64,000 bases of DNA. It comes from Acutalibacteraceae bacterium (GTDB lineage Bacteria > Bacillota > Clostridia > Oscillospirales > Acutalibacteraceae). The notes below the pieces were generated by a model. That model had not been told where the DNA came from and searched no databases. It saw only the letters and a program-made list of their open reading frames with translations. The translations under genes were made by a program, and so were the position numbers. Location of the stretch: NCBI GenBank assembly GCA_045603665.1, contig JAZUMO010000090.1:3503-67502 (forward strand). The letters are read 5' to 3'. Shown in pieces: positions 46,993-52,608 of the stretch; position 1 is the first letter of the stretch, and the number at the start of each line of letters is the position of its first letter.

Positions 46993-47030
46993 GTGTTTAC
47001 AGCTTAATTTAGCAACAACCCGATAAATTG
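46993..47030. repeat. Conserved 3'-flank box, copy 1
   Basis: GTGTTTACAGCTTAATTTAGCAACAACCCGATAAATTG lies between the gene stop (47060) and its terminator. Near-identical copies are at 47796 and 48985. Confidence 0.7.
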
Positions 47031-47059
47031 AAATATATATGATTGTTTGTTTTTTAATA

Positions 47060-47557
47060 TCAATGAACAATTTTTGATACGCAATAGTATTCTGAAGTTG
47101 TTTTGTTATAAACCAACAGTAGATTTTCTTGACCATATAAAAGAGTATTGCGAATGTCTATATTATAGTATATGCCCTTATCCAAATCATATAGACAATA
47201 AAATATTTCATCCGACTCCTTATAATCAAAAAGAAATCCATTAAAATATACTTCATTTATAAGTTTTGTTTCTTCATTGGACACCATTTGCCATACATCG
47301 ATTGACAAATCATTATTTATCTTTTCTATTTCTTTGTTATTAAGCTTATACTTCCAAATTCTATGGTCTTCATTTGGACTAATAATAGTAATACCTTTAT
47401 ATCCATTTGCTACACCTTCGGGATAAAAAACAGTTATTGCACTTTCATCAACTATAAAATTAGAAAATGTAAAAGTATACAACCTAAAAAATATAATAGG
47501 AATGCTAACCAAAAACAACAAAGCTATAAAAACTATTCTGCGTTTGCCTGTTTTCAT
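47060..47557 (-). CDS. Hypothetical membrane-anchored protein
   Basis: GGAGGTGA lies before ATG 47557 (the track start is GTG). MKTGKRRIVFIALLFLVSIPIIFF signal-anchor. AT-rich. I recognise no family. Confidence 0.6.
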   Translation of the reverse strand: MKTGKRRIVFIALLFLVSIPIIFFRLYTFTFSNFIVDESAITVFYPEGVANGYKGITIISPNEDHRIWKYKLNNKEIEKINNDLSIDVWQMVSNEETKLINEVYFNGFLFDYKESDEIFYCLYDLDKGIYYNIDIRNTLLYGQENLLLVYNKTTSEYYCVSKIVH

Positions 47558-47593
47558 AATTATCACCTCCAGAAATTATTATTTATAGATGCA

Positions 47594-47622
47594 ATTATAT
47601 CACACCCGATACAAAATTACAA
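47594..47622 (-). promoter_or_regulatory. SigA-type promoter of the 47060-47557 gene
   Basis: Minus strand TTGTAA, 17 nt, TATAAT. The -35 abuts the GC box of module C. Confidence 0.65.
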
Positions 47623-47792
47623 TCGGGTTAGGGTGTCCTGCCTATAATTATTCATTATTCATCAGCAAAGCGACTTCAATATTCATTATTCATTTGAAAA
47701 TCCGTTCTTGCACTAAATGAATAATGAATGATGAATATTGAATAATGAATAATACAAACGAAAATCCGCCCACTTTCGTGAACGGATTTTCG
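47623..47792. repeat. Structured intergenic module, copy C (TGAATAA subtype)
   Basis: GC box TCGGGTTAGGGTGTCCTGCC. Left arm ATTATTCATTATTCA [bulge TCAGCAAAGCGACTTC] AATATTCATTATTCATTT. Loop GAAAATCCGTTCTTGCACT. Right arm AAATGAATAATGAATGATGAATATTGAATAATGAATAAT. Terminator CGAAAATCCG-cccactttcgtgaa-CGGATTTTCG (47759-47792). Confidence 0.75.
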
Positions 47793-47795
47793 TTT

Positions 47796-47834
47796 GTGTT
47801 TACAGCTTAAAATAGCAACAACTCGATAAATTGG
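47796..47834. repeat. Conserved 3'-flank box, copy 2
   Basis: GTGTTTACAGCTTAAAATAGCAACAACTCGATAAATTGG lies between the small-ORF region and its terminator. Confidence 0.7.
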
Positions 47835-47869
47835 AATTTACAACTTTCTTTTATTCACGAAAGCACTAA

Positions 47870-48034
47870 TCAGCATAGCAATAATACCGACAAGCAGCAT
47901 ACAGAGGGTTGATTGCAAAGAATAGTAAAAAGCAAATAGCCATTCCTGCACCACCTGCAAATGTTACTGCAAGCCAAGGGAAACCTATCATCAAAATCAA
48001 TGCGGATATAGTCCAAGCAATCAGTTTTTTTCAT
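47870..48034 (-). CDS. Small ORF of uncertain frame (54-aa Cys-rich peptide as written; alternative frames encode hydrophobic helices)
   Basis: AAAGGAGTGTGATTGT-ATG is nearly identical to the RBS context of the lipoprotein gene upstream. ATG is followed by A7. See the finding for the frame problem. Confidence 0.35.
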   Translation of the reverse strand: MKKTDCLDYIRIDFDDRFPLACSNICRWCRNGYLLFTILCNQPSVCCLSVLLLC

Positions 48035-48066
48035 ACAATCACACTCCTTTGTCAAATTGGAATAGT

Positions 48067-48747
48067 TTAATCTATTGCATTACCGTTTTCGTCAATGAAG
48101 TATTCAGTAACAGTTTCATTATCAATGATTTTCAGTTCGTATTGCCCTTTATAGAAAAACAGATTGTAGGTGTACATCAGTTTATCTGCATCATAATCGT
48201 AGGAATACTGAATTGTTTCCTTTATAAACTCTTCATCACTTTTTAGTTTCTTCTGTTCTTGGGTGTGTTTTTCCTTAAAAGTTGCAACTCTTGAGACAAT
48301 ATCATCTTCATCAACAGTTTTGCTTATATTGGAATATGCGACAGAATTTATTACACCATTTTCGTAATGGAATGTAATGCTTTTATCTGTCAGGATTTCG
48401 TTGTTGATAACATATCTAAACTGAACCAATCCCGTGGTCTGTTGCTCATCGTAAAAATGAACCATATACTCCCAATTACTGTTCAACACATTGGGGTACT
48501 GATAGTTTATCAACGAAACAAGTTCGGGCAAAACACCATCCGTATATTTTGTATAACTTGTTTCTGCAAGGTTAATTTCAATGTAATCAACCTCTGCCAT
48601 CACCATTTCTTGACCATCGGTCAAATATTCACTATCCACACCAAGTTTGTGGTTTAATTTCAAGGTAGTTTTTGTGTCTGTTGTACTACACCCAACGAGA
48701 CCAAAAATAAGAACAACAGCAAATGCCAATACTATTATCCTTTTCAT
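48067..48747 (-). CDS. Hypothetical lipoprotein
   Basis: AAAGGAGTATGATTGT-ATG at 48747. MKRIIVLAFAVVLIFGLVGC has the lipobox LVGC. I recognise no family. Confidence 0.7.
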   Translation of the reverse strand: MKRIIVLAFAVVLIFGLVGCSTTDTKTTLKLNHKLGVDSEYLTDGQEMVMAEVDYIEINLAETSYTKYTDGVLPELVSLINYQYPNVLNSNWEYMVHFYDEQQTTGLVQFRYVINNEILTDKSITFHYENGVINSVAYSNISKTVDEDDIVSRVATFKEKHTQEQKKLKSDEEFIKETIQYSYDYDADKLMYTYNLFFYKGQYELKIIDNETVTEYFIDENGNAID

Positions 48748-48787
48748 ACAATCATACTCCTTTTCCAAATTCTTATTTGTCGAGTTG

Positions 48788-48816
48788 ATTGTATCACATA
48801 TAATCTAAAATTACAA
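48788..48816 (-). promoter_or_regulatory. SigA-type promoter of the lipoprotein/small-ORF unit
   Basis: Minus strand TTGTAA, 17 nt, TACAAT. The -35 abuts the GC box of module D. Confidence 0.6.
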
Positions 48817-48978
48817 TCTGGTGCGGGTGTCCCACCAATTATTCATTATTAATTATTCATCAGCAAAGCGATTTCATTATTCATTAAGAAAAGTCGCATA
48901 ACAGCAATGAATAATGAAAAATGAACATTGAATAATGAATAATAAAAAAAGAAAAGCCACACTATCGTGCGACTTTTC
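48817..48978. repeat. Structured intergenic module, copy D (TGAATAA subtype)
   Basis: GC box TCTGGTGCGGGTGTCCCACC. Left arm AATTATTCATTATTAATTATTCA [TCAGCAAAGCGATTT] CATTATTCATT. Loop AAGAAAAGTCGCATAACAGC. Right arm AATGAATAATGAAAAATGAACATTGAATAATGAATAAT. Terminator GAAAAGCCAC-actatc-GTGCGACTTTTC (48951-48978). Confidence 0.75.
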
Positions 48979-48984
48979 TTTTTT

Positions 48985-49010
48985 GTGTTTACAGCTTAAA
49001 ATAGCAACAA
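48985..49010. repeat. Conserved 3'-flank box, copy 3
   Basis: GTGTTTACAGCTTAAAATAGCAACAA lies between the stop at 49020 and the terminator at 48951-48978. Confidence 0.7.
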
Positions 49011-49019
49011 ATCAAAAAT

Positions 49020-49514
49020 TCAACCAACACAAATCCATTTTCCAAAATCAAAAAACTTCGCTGTATCCCTATTGTACGGAATTAAAATTTGAGTATTTAT
49101 ATCATAACTTCCTACAATATTTTTTGAAAAAATACTTTTTCGTGGTATGTATTTAAACGTAGTGTTAGAAACAAGTATAAATTTATTTCTGGAATAAACT
49201 CCTTCTGCTTCTTCAAATATAGCATAATAAACAGTACGTTGATTATTTACAAAAGCTATTTTTTTATTAAACAACACAGACTGAAAACCCGTTTCATTTA
49301 ATATTACATCGGTCAACAATCTGCGAGCAGAATATGTAAGAAAAAGTGAACATAGAATATAAACTAGCACACAGCTACCTAATACAATAAACATTTCCAA
49401 ATCTTTGTTTAATATCGAACATACAACAACAGCAATAGTAATCATAATATCAATACCAAGAATAAATTTTACCTGCTTTTTCCAATATATAGAAGTAGCA
49501 ATCTTTGTTTCCAT
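49020..49514 (-). CDS. Hypothetical two-TM membrane protein
   Basis: ATG at 49514 after AAAGGAGTG. Helices FILGIDIMITIAVVVCSIL and MFIVLGSCVLVYILCSLFL are followed by a ~95-aa soluble tail. I recognise no family. Confidence 0.6.
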   Translation of the reverse strand: METKIATSIYWKKQVKFILGIDIMITIAVVVCSILNKDLEMFIVLGSCVLVYILCSLFLTYSARRLLTDVILNETGFQSVLFNKKIAFVNNQRTVYYAIFEEAEGVYSRNKFILVSNTTFKYIPRKSIFSKNIVGSYDINTQILIPYNRDTAKFFDFGKWICVG

Positions 49515-49551
49515 CTTAACACTCCTTTGTATAATTCTAATTCATATAAAA

Positions 49552-49580
49552 ATTATACCACATATATTATTGATTTGCAA
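49552..49580 (-). promoter_or_regulatory. SigA-type promoter (extended -10) of the 49020-49514 gene
   Basis: Minus strand TTGCAA, 17 nt, TATAAT with TGG directly upstream of the -10. Confidence 0.65.
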
Positions 49581-49600
49581 TTCTCCTAATTTCATAAATT

Positions 49601-49812
49601 CCGTTTGCCCGAAGGGCAACATCATTGTGCCGAAGGCACACTTCATTGCATCAGCACTTCATTTGCCGTAAGGCAACTTCATTCCTTTATGTACGCTTTG
49701 CTGATAATGAAGTTGACAGCAAGCTGTCAAATGAAGTACTCGCTTCGCTCGTAATGAAGTTATGTCCTGCGGACATAAATGAAAAATCGACTTGTCGAAA
49801 CAAGTCGATTTT
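49601..49812. repeat. Structured intergenic module, copy E (AATGAAG subtype with GC mini-hairpins) ending in the tRNA-operon terminator
   Basis: Five mini-hairpins (49605-49619, 49626-49640, 49663-49676, 49713-49730, 49762-49776) are separated by CATCATT/CTTCATT units (left half) and AATGAAG units (right half). Central GTACGCTTTGCTGAT is the inverted form of TCAGCAAAGCG in C and D. Terminator AAAAATCGACTTG-tcgaaa-CAAGTCGATTTTT (49782-49812). Confidence 0.7.
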
Positions 49813-49887
49813 TGGCAGGGATGGCAGGATTCGAACCTACGAATGCAACAGTCAAAGTGTTGTGTCTTACCGCTTGACGACATCCCT
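49813..49887 (-). tRNA. tRNA-Gln (anticodon UUG)
   Basis: Cloverleaf read by hand: acceptor AGGGATG/CATCCCT, anticodon stem CAACA/TGTTG with loop CTTTGAC, T-arm GTAGG-TTCGAAT-CCTGC, encoded CCA. Confidence 0.9.
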
Positions 49888-49899
49888 ATAAATAAAAAA

Positions 49900-49977
49900 T
49901 GGGGTGGATAATCGGAGCCGAACCGACGACCTCCAGGGCCACAACCTGGCGCTCTAACCAACTGAGCTATATCCACC
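49900..49977 (-). tRNA. tRNA-His (anticodon GUG) with encoded G-1
   Basis: Acceptor GTGGATA/TATCCAC, an extra 5' G opposite discriminator C, anticodon loop TTGTGGC in stem CCAGG/CCTGG, encoded CCA. Confidence 0.9.
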
Positions 49978-49983
49978 ACTTAT

Positions 49984-50060
<77 letters not shown>

Positions 50061-50067
50061 ATATTTT

Positions 50068-50141
50068 TGGAGCGGGTGATGGGAATCGAACCCACACGAC
50101 CAGCTTGGAAGGCTGGGATTCTACCATTGAACTACACCCGC
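50068..50141 (-). tRNA. tRNA-Gly (anticodon UCC)
   Basis: Acceptor GCGGGTG/CACCCGC, anticodon stem CCAGC/GCTGG with loop CTTCCAA, T-loop TTCGATT, encoded CCA. Confidence 0.9.
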
Positions 50142-50161
50142 AAACCGATGCAACGCTGATT

Positions 50162-50190
50162 ATTATACACAACCGGCGTTGCATTGTCAA
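50162..50190 (-). promoter_or_regulatory. Consensus promoter of the Gly-Arg-His-Gln tRNA operon
   Basis: Minus strand TTGACA, 17 nt, TATAAT (perfect), about 20 nt upstream of the tRNA-Gly 5' end. It is embedded in a 9-bp inverted repeat (50148-50156 / 50176-50184). Confidence 0.75.
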
Positions 50191-50224
50191 GTCTTTTTTG
50201 AAAATTAGATGAAAAATTTATATC

Positions 50225-52537
50225 TTATATATGAGTAAGAGAAAGGCTTCCCTCTTTGACATCAATTGCGATTGCACAAACGGGTGAGTCAGCGTTATCA
50301 ATAATGATATTTGCGATTTCGTCCTCAATCTCTTTTCTTATAAGATTGCGTAAATCTCTGGCACCTCTTGAGCCTCCTTCAGACTTTTGAGCAAGATAGG
50401 TGTTGACCTCTTCCGTCCACTTAAGGTCAATCCCCTTTTCGCTGAGAGATGTCTTAAGCTCGCCGAGAAGAAGGTCGGAAATCCTTTTATAGTCCTCGAC
50501 AGACAGAGAATTGAACACTGCAACCTCGTCAACTCTTCCGATAAATTCGGGACGAAGGAAATCGGAAAGAGCCTTCATAACCTTTTCCTTGGTTGCCTCA
50601 CTCTTATCCTTGCCGAAGCCGATTGAGCCACCCTTTCTTTCGCTTCCCGCATTGGAGGTCATAATAATTACCGTATTTTCGAAATTGACTGTTCTGCCCT
50701 GTGCGTCGGTAATTCTACCCTCGTCAAGAATCTGGAGCAGAATATTCATTACATCGGGATGAGCCTTTTCAATTTCGTCAAAAAGAATAACGCTGTAGGG
50801 CTTTCTTCTTACCTTTTCCGTAAGCTGGCCTGCCTCGTCATATCCCACATAACCCGGAGGTGAGCCGATAATGCGGGACACACTGTGCTTTTCCATAAAC
50901 TCACTCATATCGAGTCTTATAAGAGTTTCTGGAGTAGAGAAAAGCTCAGTCGAAAGCTGCTTTACAAGCTCGGTTTTACCGACACCTGTGGGACCTACAA
51001 AGATAAAGGATGCAGGTCTGCGGCGAGGACTTATCTGGACACGGTTGCGCTTGATGGCGGCTGCAACAGCCTTGATTGCCTCATCCTGACCGATAACCTT
51101 ACTTTTCAGCTTATCTTCAAGACCGCCAAGCTTTTTAAGGTCGCTTTCGATAATTTTTGAGGAAGGTACACCCGTCCAAAGCTCGATAACCTTTGCAATA
51201 TCTGTCTCCGTTACAGCATTATCGTTTGCCGCATCCGTAAGAAAAGACATATCGCTTTCGCATCTTACGATTTCAGCCTTAATCTTTGCTATAGCCTCAT
51301 AATCAACGGTGTCGGAGTCGTTCATAAGCTCCTCTTCGTCCTCTTTCAGCTCGGAAAGCTTTCTTTCACTGATTTCGAGGTCGCTGATTGCCTTGTTTCG
51401 AAGGTTTGCACAGGTGCAAGCCTCATCAAGAAGGTCGATTGCCTTGTCGGGAAGAAAGCGGTCGGTAATGTATCTTTCGGAAAGAATTACTGCCTTTCGC
51501 ACAAGCTCGTCGGAAATTCTTACTCTGTGGTAGCCTTCGTAATATTTTTTGATACCGAGAAGAATTGTTATGGCATCCTCAATTGAGGGCTCCTCAATTT
51601 TAACGGGCTGGAAACGTCTTTCAAGAGCAGCGTCCTTTTCGATATTCTTTCTGTATTCGGTGAAGGTGGTTGCACCAACAACCTGGATTTCACCTCTTGA
51701 AAGTGCAGGCTTGAGGATGTTGGCGGCATTCATTGAGCCTTCTGCATCACCGGTACCCACAAGATTATGCACCTCGTCGATGAAAAGAATAATATTTCCG
51801 TTATATTTTACCTCGTCAACAAGGCTTTTGATTCTGCTTTCAAACTGACCTCTGAACTGTGTACCTGCCACAAGAGCAGTAAGGTCAAGAAGATGAATCT
51901 CTTTATCGGCAAGCTTTGCGGGAACCTTGCCCTCGGCAATTTTCTGGGCAAGAGCCTCAGCAATGGCTGTTTTACCGACACCGGGCTCACCGATAAGACA
52001 AGGATTATTTTTTGAACGTCTGCAAAGAATCTGGATAACTCTTTCGAGCTCCTTATCTCTGCCGATAATATTGTCGATTTTACCGCTTTTTGCTTTTTCC
52101 GTAAGGTCGGTACAGTAAAGAGAAAGGAACTTACGCTTCTTTTCCTTTTTTCTGTCCTTCTTTTTGCCTGTCCCCTTTTGCTCCGTAGCAGGTGCAGAGG
52201 CTTTCGGAAGATTATCGGCACCATCATTTCTTACGGTAAGTCCGTTTGCAAGATCACCGAAAAGCCCTTGCATAAAGGGCATTGTCGGTGAGCCGCCTGC
52301 CTCGAAATCTCCATCCTCATCGGAATCAGGGAACATACTTGAAAACTGTTCGCTGATGGAATCAACATCCTCCTCGGTGATACCCATGCTTTCCATCATC
52401 TGCTTGATGGGGCCGATGTTCATTTCCATAGCGCAATTGAGGCAAAGCCCCTCGGGTACAGTTTTGCCGTCAATTATCTTTGAAATAAATATAACTGCAG
52501 GACGCTTTTTACATCTGCTGCATGTAACCTTTTTCAT
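50225..52537 (-). CDS. clpE: Class I Clp/Hsp100 AAA+ ATPase with N-terminal zinc ribbon (ClpE-like)
   Basis: N-terminal CSRCKK...CLNC. Two AAA+ modules (GEPGVGKTA; GPTGVGKTE) and the Clp signatures. 770 aa with no ClpB-length middle domain. The ClpE assignment rests on the zinc ribbon replacing the Clp-N repeats. Confidence 0.75.
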   Translation of the reverse strand: MKKVTCSRCKKRPAVIFISKIIDGKTVPEGLCLNCAMEMNIGPIKQMMESMGITEEDVDSISEQFSSMFPDSDEDGDFEAGGSPTMPFMQGLFGDLANGLTVRNDGADNLPKASAPATEQKGTGKKKDRKKEKKRKFLSLYCTDLTEKAKSGKIDNIIGRDKELERVIQILCRRSKNNPCLIGEPGVGKTAIAEALAQKIAEGKVPAKLADKEIHLLDLTALVAGTQFRGQFESRIKSLVDEVKYNGNIILFIDEVHNLVGTGDAEGSMNAANILKPALSRGEIQVVGATTFTEYRKNIEKDAALERRFQPVKIEEPSIEDAITILLGIKKYYEGYHRVRISDELVRKAVILSERYITDRFLPDKAIDLLDEACTCANLRNKAISDLEISERKLSELKEDEEELMNDSDTVDYEAIAKIKAEIVRCESDMSFLTDAANDNAVTETDIAKVIELWTGVPSSKIIESDLKKLGGLEDKLKSKVIGQDEAIKAVAAAIKRNRVQISPRRRPASFIFVGPTGVGKTELVKQLSTELFSTPETLIRLDMSEFMEKHSVSRIIGSPPGYVGYDEAGQLTEKVRRKPYSVILFDEIEKAHPDVMNILLQILDEGRITDAQGRTVNFENTVIIMTSNAGSERKGGSIGFGKDKSEATKEKVMKALSDFLRPEFIGRVDEVAVFNSLSVEDYKRISDLLLGELKTSLSEKGIDLKWTEEVNTYLAQKSEGGSRGARDLRNLIRKEIEDEIANIIIDNADSPVCAIAIDVKEGSLSLTHI

Positions 52538-52608
52538 TTATAAATTGCCATAAGACCGCCGGAAGCAGTCTCCCTTTCTTGAGTATTTGCCAATCCCTTA
52601 AGGGAAAA

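Noticed and set aside
47796-47834. The conserved 3' box might be a plus-strand promoter (TTTACA ... TAAATT).
   Set aside because: The spacer would be 22 nt, the -10 is poor, and nothing is encoded downstream on the + strand.
44894-49812. Integron-like cassette array with attC hairpins (a CALIN).
   Set aside because: I could not find the attC core sites (RYYYAAC ... GTTRRRY). Every ORF has its own near-consensus promoter, whereas integron cassettes are normally promoterless. No intI is nearby, and integrons are essentially unknown in this type of Gram-positive genome.
44800-49900. The repeated elements might be a CRISPR array.
   Set aside because: The repeats are not uniform 25-40-nt direct repeats separated by unique spacers. 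They are ~150-220-nt composite modules separated by complete genes, and no cas genes are present.
52538-52608. CtsR operator upstream of the clpE-like gene.
   Set aside because: No tandem (A/G)GTCAAA heptads occur on either strand. The only structure is a short TCCCTTAAGGGA palindrome, and no convincing promoter is present, so the gene may be co-transcribed with pgsA.
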